Assembly (NCBI GenBank): GCA_964016885.1
Contig: OZ024744.1
Span: 28,520,001-28,584,000 of the forward strand
Reading direction: 5' to 3'
From: Eledone cirrhosa
Taxonomy: Eukaryota
DNA: 64,000 bases
Part shown: in pieces, positions 52,920-64,000 of the stretch
How positions within the stretch are numbered: the first letter of the stretch is position 1
Layout of the letters: the number at the start of each line of letters is the position of its first letter
Program-made: the position numbers and the translations under genes
Notes under the pieces: model-generated
What the model saw: only the letters and a program-made list of their open reading frames with translations
The model's database searches: none
Told to the model about the DNA's origin: nothing

Positions 52920-53860
52920 GTATGTGTGTGTGTCTGTGTATTACCTATAGGCGCCTACATCTTACCACCGATTTTCATGAAACTTTTCAGGCTCATAGAT
53001 TAGTCATCGGGGAGTGTTTTCTATATATCAGCGTATCGTTTTTTTTTATTCCAGGGTTATTCTGCAGATAAAAATCGATAGGGGTTTCACCGTTTTTAGG
53101 TATCGAAAAATAAGATTTGGGGCTCTAGCTCCCACATTTTGCCACCAATTTCGTTCAAATTTTAAAGCAAAATAGAATTTATCATTGCACATCCTGTAAT
53201 GGCTTTATATTTTGCATTTGTTGTTCAGGGATGGCGTGGCAGCCGCTTAGATATTCAAAAATACCACTTTTAGACTCAAATTTCCACTTTTTCGGCTCTA
53301 GCTCCCACATTAATCAACCTACTTTGTGGCTTTACATTTTGGATTTTTTGTTCAGGAACGGCATGGCAGCCGCTTAAATATTCGAAAATACCACCTTTTC
53401 GCTCAAATTTCCGCCTTTTCGGCTCTAGCTCGCACATTTTTCAACCGATTTCGTTCAAATTCGAAACTTCGGCTCCACCTCACACATAAATCAATTTATT
53501 TGGTTCAACTTTTATACTACGATAGAACCTATCATTGCACATCTTATAGATGGTCAAATGCAAAACGATGGCCACAGACGTCGTCTGAGCTTTTAGTTGT
53601 GTATTTCAGAATTCATCTCTTTCCAATCAAGTAGCGTGAGGAAATTTGGCTTAGTGTTAGAGGTCATTACCTCCCTCCCCCAGCATGCCCCTTCGTCAGT
53701 CACCCTCGTTTCTCAGTGATAGAGGTCATCACCACCCTCCCCAGCATGGCCTGTGCGTGGCCATAGATTAGTCATCGAGAAACAGTCTCTAAGATCAACA
53801 CCTTTTCATCAAAGCAGATATTATTTTACCTACCCAGGCAACGCTGGGTGCTGCTGCTAG
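52900..53860 (+). mobile_element. Non-autonomous Helitron embedded in (TA)n
   Basis: 3' hairpin ACCCAG-GCAACG-CTGGGT, then CTAG|T at 53857-53861. Internal ~130-170-bp repeats carry GGCTCTAGCTCCCACATT. The 5' TC is lost in the TA run. Confidence 0.78.
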
Positions 53861-53941
53861 TATATATATAAAAGTATATTTATATATATAAGTATATATA
53901 TACATATATATTTATATATATAAATATACTTATATATATAC

Positions 53942-54014
<73 letters not shown>

Positions 54015-54052
54015 AGTATATTTATATACATAAATATATATGTATATATATA

Positions 54053-54116
<64 letters not shown>

Positions 54117-54344
54117 TATGTATACGTACATACATATATGTATACAGGCGTACACTAATATGTATATACATACATGCGCACATATATATATATATATATG
54201 TACGTACATATATATATATGTGCGCATGTATGTATGTATATACATACTAGTGTACGTCTGTATACATATATGTGTGTACGTATACATCTTATATTTAATC
54301 AGCCGTGCTATAAGTGAGACATGAAATGTCATTCATTGTTTCCA

Positions 54345-54590
54345 TTTATATATATATATATATATATATATAATAACTAGAAATTGATTAACATATAAAT
54401 ACACATGAATAATTAGATAATATTATAATATTATAATATTATATATAATATTATAATATTATAAGGTATCTATTTTTGAAGTTCTGGTTAACTTTATATA
54501 GTTACCTACCTAGCTATGTGTGGTTACACACTTGTACACATTATCTCCAGTAATTATTCATGTGTATTTATATGTTAATCAATTTCTAGT

Positions 54591-54665
<75 letters not shown>
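54345..54665. repeat. Short element with perfect ~46-bp inverted ends, flanked by (TA)n
   Basis: TAATAACTAGAAATTGATTAACATATAAATACACATGAATAATTA (~54371-54416) and its reverse complement (~54552-54597). Confidence 0.8.
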
Positions 54666-54667
<2 letters not shown>

Positions 54668-55116
54668 TATTATATCATAAATTCATAGAACATATGATAT
54701 ATTGTATATATTGTATTGGATGTCTTAATCAAAGTGAAGCGGGCTCAATACTTTAAATTGCAATATTAAATATTTAAATGGAGTTAGTATTTAGGTATAC
54801 TTAATAAACAGAGGATAAAAGCAGAACGATTAAAAACAGAAATTACTGATGGCGAATCAAAGAACACTTACCAATGATTCTCCATCCTAATTTTCTGTTT
54901 TTATATACATATATATGGGTAATGACCAAGAAACATGTTGATTGTTTCTCGATGACAGTGTTGAAAAAACGGATGACGATTGTTCATCGGCTTTATCAGG
55001 CCTTATATTTACAAACGAATCATGTATTATTATTAGTGTTGGATATAACCCATACGTACATACGTATGTGAACATGGGTGTGTGTGTGTGTATGCGCGTG
55101 TGTGTGTGCACACGTA

Positions 55117-55150
<34 letters not shown>

Positions 55151-55338
55151 CGAGACGGTTTTATTCGTACATGGTCAATAACTAGACGATAAAGTGAAGA
55201 TGCACGAATAAAATCGTCTCTTTCTTTATACTAAAACACCAGGTGATACGGTAGAAAGTTTTACACCTGTTTACTAAAAGGTCGGCAGTTTATTGATCAA
55301 ACAACTTTCATCAACTGAATAATAATAATAATAATAAT

Positions 55339-58300
55339 GATTTTTTTATTGGCCACAAGGGCTGACATCAATAAAAACATTACAGACGGCACAGGACGGT
55401 ACAGGACGGTACGATGTGGGTTTTGTGCGTGTAAATATTTTTATTATTTATATAAGAAAAGAAAAAAAAGATATAGAAACATATATATATATAAAGAATA
55501 AAAATGAAAATTGAAACAATCAAAAATCCCCCAATAGGGGGGAAACCTCCGAGGGTTACTCGTGGCGAAAACCACACAAAAGACTACGGCCACCCTGACC
55601 ACCAGGGCAAGCGCCCTCTCTCAATTTTTCCATTTCTCAAACTACAGGTGTATATTCAGAGTGGTCCCGTTCACTCGAACCATTCTCGCTACATTCACCA
55701 ACCTTTCAACAAACTTGCTAGAAGACAGCACTTGCCTCTCCACCCTGATTTTTCTCTTCAAGAGAAACTTGAAAAAGTTAATCAGGGATTCGCCTAAGAG
55801 GAAAGTGTCTGTCTTTAACCCTTTTAACCTTGTCCACCACACAATTTCTTACGCTATGGCCACCAGGCAGATGAAAACCGCCTGCCCGTCCTCCTCGAAA
55901 GGAAGACGGTGAGACCATCTGCACAATGAACTCAGTCGATAACTGGATCAGTCCTAGACGCGACAGAAACTGATGGACATAGCTCCACAAGTCACCAATG
56001 CTCGGGCACTGAAAGAGTGCGTGCACGGCTGTTTCGTCGCTCTGCGCGCATCTCGGACAGGGTCGGCTGACGGCACTTCCGTTCCTGTACGGCTTATCTC
56101 GAACCGGCAACGCTCCGCGGTAGCACTGCCAGGCCAGGGATTTTTGGAAGTTATCCATAGGCCCCGGGCTGAAAGTTCTCCGGAAGAGAGCAAACAGCTG
56201 ATCATCTTCGACGCCCAGGATCTCTCCGAGAACGTCGTCGCCCTTCCCCTCCACTAGTCCTCTATAGAACGCCAAGGTGGATGTTCCACCGATACTGGGG
56301 CCCAGCTGGCAGAGGGTTGTGAGTGCCTGGAGACATTCCAGTTTCCAAGCGCTATCACTCGGTCTTTTCCTGGCCCGGGACTGCAGCTCCGTCAAGGAGA
56401 CGAGCTGTGGGAAAACGTGCCTGGCGAACGGCGACCACAGCTGTTCACCGTCAGGGAAGCACCAGAGATGTCGCAGCCTCAGCGTATGTTTGCGCATCAT
56501 CAGCCATGGCAACGCCAACTTAACTTTAGGCTTTGCGCGCCGGGAAAGACGCGTTCAGCTTCCGGGTTTGTCTATAAAGTTTGTCTCTGTCGATCTCCCA
56601 AATAACACATTTGTGGTCTGTGTAGTCGAACATTTTTAATTGTGGACAACTTCTACTAGCCTTATCTAGTTCTCTGCAGAATACTCTATCGAGATACGAT
56701 CTGGATGACCCGATGCGGTTTGTCCATGTCCACATTGGCACATTCGGGTAATCCAGTCGATACCTGTCAGACAATTCAAAACGTCTGAGCAGGTTGGTGA
56801 GGCTCTTGCACCCTCCTCCCCTATCCACTAGCCCTACACGATCCCAACGTGCATCCAATATACCATCCAGTCGCCTACTAACACTAAAGAGTGGGACGTT
56901 CCAAGAAAGGTCTCTAGACGTCTGAAGAAATCTGGCCGTCCTGCCCCCGTTGCGGCGTAGACGGCTACTAGCCTGAAAGCATTGCCTTCGCTGCCGGTCA
57001 CGTCCAGCATCACCGACTTACCTTCTGGGTCTAGGAAGATGGCCCGTATCGCGAGATCCAAGCCTCTCCGAAATGGGCGGCGACCCCTCCCCCCGATCCT
57101 GAACGGCTGGGCGATGCGTATACATCGTAGCCGCCGAAGATCGGTGCGAAGGCTTGTGCTTCGGAGATTCTGGTTTCACTGATGGCCACCACACCTATAT
57201 TTAGTGACCTGAGGTCGTTGACCAGGTGACCCTGCTTCCAAGATGACCCCAGGCCACGTGCATTTATACTGCCTATTCTGAGTACGGCCATGTTGGATGA
57301 GAAACGGGGCAAGTAAGAAAGGGTCACTTACCTTGTTCGTGTGGTGAAGGGACAGTAGACCCATCCCTTTCGCTGGTCATGGGTGTTTCCATGAGAATTT
57401 CAGTGTATATCCTCTTGGTAACCGACCCACAGAAGTCTCCAACTGCGTTGGGGAATTTTTGTTTTAAAGGTTTGTACTGTTCTATTGAGATTTCGATGAT
57501 GCTTATGTTTGTCGTGAGAGTTCTTGGTGTTGGTAAGGTGTAGTAGTTTTTTTCTGTGATGTCTGTGTGCTGCTTTATATATTGTATGAGTTCTTATTTT
57601 GCCATGTTTATGGCTGTGTACTTATTGGGGGGAGGGGGATTTTGTTGCTGTTTTCTTCTTGTTGCTGTTTGGTGTGTGTGTTTTGTTTTGTTTGCGTTGT
57701 TGGTGTTTTGGGTGATGCTGGTGGTGGTGTGGTTGTTGTTGGCGATGGTGCTTGTGGTGGTGATGGTGATGGTGATGGTGGTGATGGTGTTGCTGCAAGT
57801 TTCCTTGCTGCCTTTACCCCTTTTTGTATGCCTTGCTTTTGGAGGTTGAATCTAAGGCGTTTTTGTTTTTTGTTTTTTTTTGTGGCAGACCGTTTGCCAC
57901 TTCACTCCCGCCTCAAACCCCATGTCGGATTCTGTGGCATCTGGGAGGGGTATGTGCTCCACGACTGTTGGTGGTGGTACTGGAGCCCTCTTCGGCAATG
58001 TTGTTGCTGGTGTAGCTATTTCAAATGTAGCTATTGGTGTTGCCGCTACTGATGATGCTGCTTTAGTTATCTGTGGCCTTGGTACTGGTGCTACGGACGT
58101 TGCCCTCCTACTCACCGTGGAAGGGGATTCTTCGTTTGTTGCCTGTTCTGCTCTTGGTAGCAGCGGACCAGGTATTAGAAGGAGAGGGGCCTTCTTCGAT
58201 GTCTTCTGCGGGCAAAAGGCCCTAAGGTGACCTTTCGACCCACAGATATAACATTTTGGCCGCTTCCTTCTACACTTATAGGGAGTTGGAGTCCTTCCTT

Positions 58301-59170
58301 GAAGTCTATGATATCGGGGATAGGTTCGATATATTCCTGGTCAGTTTGTATAAGCATTTGCATGCCTATACCTGACCAGTTCTCTCTCCTTGTTTTTTCT
58401 ACTTGCAGCATGGTCGTCCTGTTCTCGATTCCAGCGAGGACAGACGCGGCCAGCCAAGGTATGGGCACGTCGGGTGGGACCTGGGTCACTTTGACCCTCA
58501 CAATTTTCTGTCCGCAGTAGGAGGGCACCAAGACTAACTCCTCACTCTTTAGGGTTTCCAAAGAGTGAGACTTTGCTTCCTGGGAGGTGGCGAAAAGTAC
58601 GTCTACTGTGGCGTACTTTCTGCCTCGGGTAAACTGGGTTTTGCGTGCCCAGACGCACCCCAAGGCCTTTTGGATTTGAGCCTCCGTGGCTCTCTCCACT
58701 CGATGTGAGATTTTGCTTACGGTGCGGTAAGTCACCGTTCGTAGCTGCTGGTCCTTGAAAACATCGGGTGGAGGTTTCAGGGAAACTCTATTTGCGCTGC
58801 TGGTTACCATGGCCCTTGCGACTGCCATCTCCTCCTCTGTGACTAACACTGTCTCGATATTTCGGGCGACACCTGCAAAAGAAGTGGTCCCTTTTTCAGC
58901 AGCACCACTATTGCTGCCGCTACTGGTCTTACTGGTGGTGCTGAGGTCGTTATTACAGGTACCGGTGTCATTGTTGTTGTTTTCGTTGGTACAGTTGTTG
59001 GTGTTGTATTCATTGATACTGTTGCTGCTGTTACTGTTATTGTGGCTGTTGTTATTATTGTTGTTTTTGTTGATACTGTTCCTACTATTATTGTTGTTGT
59101 GGCTGTTGTTATTGTCATTGTTATTGTCGTACTTGACCTTACCGCTGTTATTTTTGTTGTTGCTGTTGTT
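55339..59170 (-). mobile_element. Tx1-clade LINE copy E with ORF1 and internally deleted ORF2
   Basis: ORF1 core at 58175-58849. ORF2 starts at 57291 (MAVLRIGSINARGL); the endonuclease is fused through a short filler near 56513-56528 to the post-RT region (PWLMMR…CPRC). (AAT)n lies on both sides. Confidence 0.9.
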
Positions 59171-59181
59171 ATAATAATAAT

Positions 59182-59224
<43 letters not shown>

Positions 59225-59467
59225 TTTTCTTTATTAACCACAAGGGTTTACATAAAGTAGACATTAAGGACAGTACAGGACAATACAGGACGGTACAAAT
59301 GGGCATTTCTGCGTGTAAAAAAAACAGAGGATGTAATAAAATAGCAAAGAAAAATTCCCCAATAGGGGGGAGACTTCCGAGGGACATTTGTGAAGAAAGC
59401 CCATTAAAAGACCACAGTGACCCTGACCACCAGGGCAAGTGCCCTCTCCCAGTTTTCCACCTTTAAT

Positions 59468-62400
59468 TTACAGACACATACTCAGAGAAAGCCCATTCAT
59501 TCGGGCCATACTTGCTTCTCTCACCCATCTTTCAACAAAATGCTGGGAAGAGAGCACTTCCCTCTCTACCCTGATTTTCTTTTTCAAATGAAATTTGAAA
59601 AAGTTAATCAGGGCATCACCGAAGAGGTAAGTGCTCGTCTTCAGCCCTTTCAAACGTGTCCACCATACTATCTCTTTAGCCATGGCCCCCAGACAGATAA
59701 AAACTGCCTGCCCTTCCCGGCTAAAGGAAGAGGGCGGGGCAATCCTCACGATGGACTCAGCTGATAGCTGGATCCGTCCTACACGTGACAGCAGGTGTTC
59801 GACATAAACCCACAAGTCAGCAATGCTCGGACACTGGACGAGTGAGTGCAGGACGGTTTCGTCGCCCTGTGCGCATCTCGGACATGTCCGGCTGACGGCA
59901 CCTCCATGCCTGTAGAGTTTATCCCGAACTGGCAAGGCTACTCGGTAGCACTGCCAGGCCAGAGATTTCTGGAAGTTGTCCATAGGCCCTGGCCCGAAAG
60001 TTCTTCCGAAGAGATTGGCTAGTTGATTTTCGTCGACGCCTAGAGTTTCCCCAAGTACGTCGTCGCTCTTCCCCTCCACTAATCCTCTATAGAACGCCGA
60101 GGTGGAGTTTTCACCGATCACATTGCCCGATTGGTCGAGGGCTGTGAGCGCCTGAAGACATTCCAGTCTCCAGGCGCTCCCTCTCGGTCTTCGCTTGACC
60201 CAGGACAGCAGCTCCGTCAAGGAAACGAGCTGGGGAAATACGTGTCTAGCAAACGACGACCACACCTGATCATCGTCGAGGAAGAAGTGGAGATGTCGTA
60301 GCCTGAGCGCGTGCCTGCGCATCATCAACCACGGCATGCCCAGCCCTCCATGTAGCGGGTGTTGACAACAGATGGACCGCCTGACCATCGGAGTGCGTCC
60401 CTTCCACAAAAAGCGAAAGAGCAAACGCTCCAGCGCAGTCAGGCGAGGCTTAGGACAAGGTACGACGGTCAGGCGGTAGCAGATGACAGACGCGATGTAC
60501 GCGTTAGCCACCTACGCTAGACCTTTTAGGGATAGCTTCCTCTCCGCCCATTTCTGGGTGAGAGAAGCCACCCTGCTCGTCACCCGTCCCAGTTTTTGTC
60601 CGTCTGGAGGTCCGGACCGAGCCAGACCCTAGCAATTTAACCGGTCCGTCCGTCCAGCGTCCGACGACGCTGTTGGACGGCATGGACCTGCCTCTCCAGC
60701 TGCCGAGCTGCAGGCCCACTGACTTTTCCTGGTTGATCATTGCTCCTGTCACCGCTTCGTATTCTCTTAGTGTAGTGCCGATCGCCTCGATGTGTTTGGC
60801 GTTCGACACCACTACGGTGACATCGTCGGCATATGCTGACACGGATCTTTCGCATCTTAGTTCGCGCGGGACGCCCCTCAACGTCTCCAGTTTGTGCAGT
60901 AATGGCTCGAGAGTCAATACGTACAAGAGGGACGAGAGGGGCATCCTTGGCGGACAGAGCACATGGTGTTTAACGGTTCCGAAAGGTGACCGTTCACTCT
61001 CACCACAGAGCAGATGTCGCTGTGCATGGCAGCGATCCAGCCTCTGAAGACGGGCCCAAAGCCAGCCGCCCTCAGGACTGCCGCTAGGTAACGATGCTCG
61101 ACCTTATCGAAAGCTTTCGACTGATCTAAATTGATCAAAGACCCACCCGTGCCAGATTCCCTAGCTACCCTCTCTACGATGTATCGCATGAGGTGGAGGT
61201 TGTCGTGGATGGATCTGTCGGGAATGGCGCATGTCTGCGCCTCTCACACCAGACCACCAACGACAAGCGCCAACCTCTTTGCTAGCACCTTGGCCAAAAT
61301 CTTGAACTCTGTGTTTAGCAGAGTTATGGGCCTGAAATTATCTATGTTATCCCCCTTGTTCGGATCCTTTCTCAGCAGTGCCACCGCTCCTCGGCTCACA
61401 GAACTGGGAATTCTCCCGTTCTGTTGCCAGTTGCAGTAGACGTCCGCCAAGAGGCCTCCGAACAAGTCTGGCATCTGTACGTAAAGTTCATAGGGCAGAC
61501 CGTCCAAACCAGGCGATTTATCCCTTGTGCAGCCAGTCATTGCCTCCCTTACTTCAGCGGCTGTTATCGGCTTTTCGCAACACTTCGCCTCAGTGGCCGA
61601 GAGCCGCGGCAGTCCGTCGAGGTAGACACTAAAGTCCATCCCTCGACCCGGCCCACCGCTGCCCCCAAACAGCTGAGTGAAGTGTCGCTGAAAAGCTTCA
61701 CACATTTTCCCGGGATCGAGTAGCATGCGCCCGTCGTGGTCCACCAAAGACCGGATCGTGGCTTTGTTGCCACGACGCGCCTCCGCCACTCGGGCCCATT
61801 GAACGGCTTTCGTCCCCTCGTGTCTGAGAGCACGCACCCTAGCTCTGACAACGCAGCCTTCGTGCTTTGCATTGAAGAATTGGTCAAGGGCCAATTTCGC
61901 CGCAAGCACGTCGGTCGCAATGCCTTTGCTAAGCGCCTCGTCTAATTTTCTAACTAGTTCTACCTCTGCTCTATTTTTCGCTATTGCTAAAGCCTTACTA
62001 AACCTAATGGATTCTATTCTAATCGGTCTTTTCAGAGCAAACCACCACTTGTTGTTGACGATGGCCCCCGTCAACGCCCGCTTAACTAGTTCGCTAATCC
62101 GGTCTCTGTAGGCCTTGCGCGCTGGTAAGGACGCGTTTAGCTTCCAGTAGCCGGGTCCTCGTCTATGAAGCCTATCTAAGTCAAGCACACAGGTCACGAA
62201 TTTGTGGTCCGTGTAGCTGACTATCTTGAATTGTGGACAGCCTATGCTAGACCTATCTATTTCCCTACAAAATACTCTATCTAGATATGATCTGGATGAC
62301 CCTATGCGGTTTGTCCAAGTCCACATTGGCACATTCGGGAAATCCAATCGGTATCTGTCAGACAGTTCAAAACGCCTGAGCAGGTTGGTGAGGCTCTTGC

Positions 62401-62884
62401 ACCCTCCACCCCTATCCGCTAATCCCACACAGTCCCAGCGTGCATCTAAGATCCCGTTTCAGTCGCCCACTAACACTAATGAGCGGGACGTTTCAAGAAA
62501 GGTCTCCAGACGCCGGAAGAAATCAGGCCGCCCTGCTCCTGTCGGGGCATAGACGGCCACTAGCCTGAAATCTTGCCCGTCTCCGCTGGTCACGTCCAGC
62601 ACCACCAACTTACCCTCTGGGTCCAGGAAGATGGGCCGTATGGCGAGATCCAAACCTCTCCGAAAAAGCACAGCAACCCCCCCCCCCGATCCAGGACGGC
62701 TGGGAGATGCGTACACATCGTAGCCGCCGAAGATCGGTGCGAAGGCCCGTGCTTCGGAGATTCTGGTCTCGCTGATCGCCACTACATCTATGTTTAGTGA
62801 CCTGAGGTCGTTGAGCAGTTGACCCTGCTTCCATGACGACCCCAAGCCACGCGCATTTATGCTGCCTATTCTGAGTGAAGTCAT
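59468..62884 (-). pseudogene. Tx1 ORF2 pseudogene: APE endonuclease, RT, zinc finger (about 5 frameshifts)
   Basis: SINARGL, ISET, VGD, YLDR, TDH, SPGLDGLP, FRPITLLN, DQSKAFD, VRQGCP, AYADD, CPRC…H…C across ORFs 62459-62884, 61244-62428, 60914-61189, 60504-60962 and 59468-60511. Confidence 0.93.
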
Positions 62885-62919
62885 GTTTAAAATAGAGTGG
62901 AAAAGATGAGAAAGACCAC

Positions 62920-63992
62920 TTACCGTACTTTTCGTAGAGGAGGGATGGTTTTTCCATCCCTTTTCACTTGATCGTCTGGTGAAGGGACCGTTGAATCGTC
63001 CCTTCGGCTGGTCGTCGGCTCTTCTATGAATATGTCCGAATATACTCTTCGGTTGAGTGTCCCTCCTAGGTCTCTGAAATCACCAACTGCGTTGGGGAAT
63101 TTCGTTTTAATGTTTGTGTATTGTTTCTGTGCTATTTTTAGCAGTCTTATGTTAGTTGGCGTTTTGATTGGTGCTGGTATTATGTAGTCGTGTTGTGAAA
63201 TGTCTGTGTGTTCAATTATGTAAGTCATTAGTTTCTTGTTGTGTGTATTTATTGCCGTGCATTTGTTTTTCTGGGGGTGGGGTGTGGTTCTGCTATTTTC
63301 TTGTTGTTGCTGGGTGTGTGTGTTTTGTTGTTGTGTTTGCGATGTTGGTGCTTGTGGTGGTGGTATTGAAGGTGTTGTTGGCGGTGGGGTTGTCGCTGGT
63401 GGTGCTAGTGTGGGTGGTGATGGTGTTGGTGGTGTTACTGCTGTGAGTCTCTTTGCAGTAGCCTTTACCCTTTTTTCATTTCTTTCCTCCCTTTTCAAAT
63501 GCGACGATGCGCTGCTTCTGTGTTTGTGCCTTCTTACGACCTTTTGCCATCCCTCTCCCACCTCACACTCCATGTCTGATTCTGTGAGGTCGGGGAGGGT
63601 TACCAGCTCCACTCTTTCACTTGTTGTTGTTGGTGATGTTTGCACTGGAGTCTCTGTTGCAGTTGCATTTGGTATTGCTGTTGTTGTTGTTAATACTTCC
63701 ACTGCTGCTGCTGTTTTTGATTTCCGTGGCGTGGGTATGGGTGCCACGGACCTATCGTTCCTGGTTGCCGCTTGTCGTGTTGCTGGTAGCCGTTGGGCCG
63801 GTTTCGGAAGGAGGGGGTTTTCTCCTTTCTCAGGGTCTTCTCGTTGCAGAAGGCCCTGAGGTGAGTCTTCGATCCACAGCGAAAGTATTTCGGGCGTTTG
63901 TCCTCAACACTTATGGGCAGTTGAGTGCCGTTATCGAAGTCTATCACATCCGGGATAGCTTCGATGCACTCCTGGTTGGTTTGGATTAACAT
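62920..63992 (-). pseudogene. Tx1 ORF1 C-terminal part (degenerate zinc knuckle and Thr/Pro-rich tail), frameshifted
   Basis: …PKYFRCGSKTHLRAFC is a CCHC knuckle with the first Cys lost. It is homologous to copy E ORF1 (IPD.IDF..G.QLPISVE). Confidence 0.75.
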
Positions 63993-64000
63993 CTCAATGG

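Larger units (their letters stand above)
59224..64000 (-). mobile_element. Tx1-clade LINE copy F, near full length (ORF1 runs off the right edge)
   Basis: ORF1 pieces at 63690-63992 and 62920-63747, complete-length ORF2, and a 3' end AATAAAGAAAAC abutting (ATT)n. Confidence 0.93.

Noticed and set aside
54920-55005. Hammerhead-like CUGAUAA…GAAA on the minus strand
   Set aside because: The 3-8 pair is broken and stem II is not closed.
57556-59260. Hydrophobic plus-strand ORFs as membrane proteins (also 63168-63989)
   Set aside because: They are antisense shadows of Thr/Asn/Pro-rich Tx1 ORF1 regions.

Overview
This is AT-rich eukaryotic, repeat-dense DNA with no supportable host gene. It is probably from an octopus; I infer that from a recognisable MetaSINE-type tRNA-SINE and the (TA)n/(CA)n/(GATA)n load. 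Contents: (1) a ~16 kb array of a 28-bp dyad-symmetric satellite with higher-order duplications (~8986-24980); (2) six copies or fragments of Tx1-clade LINEs, all on the minus strand and sitting in (GATA)n-like, satellite or (AAT)n sites; (3) a decayed autonomous Helitron (Rep-PIF1 helicase pseudogene, 34318-38694) plus non-autonomous Helitrons, one with its empty-site paralogue in the window; (4) a Naiad-type Penelope-like element (RT + GIY-YIG) whose otherwise stop-free ORF is split by a twin-priming-style 5' inversion, plus many 3'-end fragments; (5) CRE-clade and RTE-clade LINE fragments and SINEs. The most notable hidden layer is at least four distinct families of type I hammerhead ribozyme motifs (12 copies) at Penelope-like element ends. 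One is a non-minimal fold with an atypical core (CAGAAGA, CUU cleavage triplet, U-U at the base of stem II, bulged extended stem I). Another is a U3-A8 minimal variant with compensatory stem changes between copies. All structures were folded by eye and are untested.
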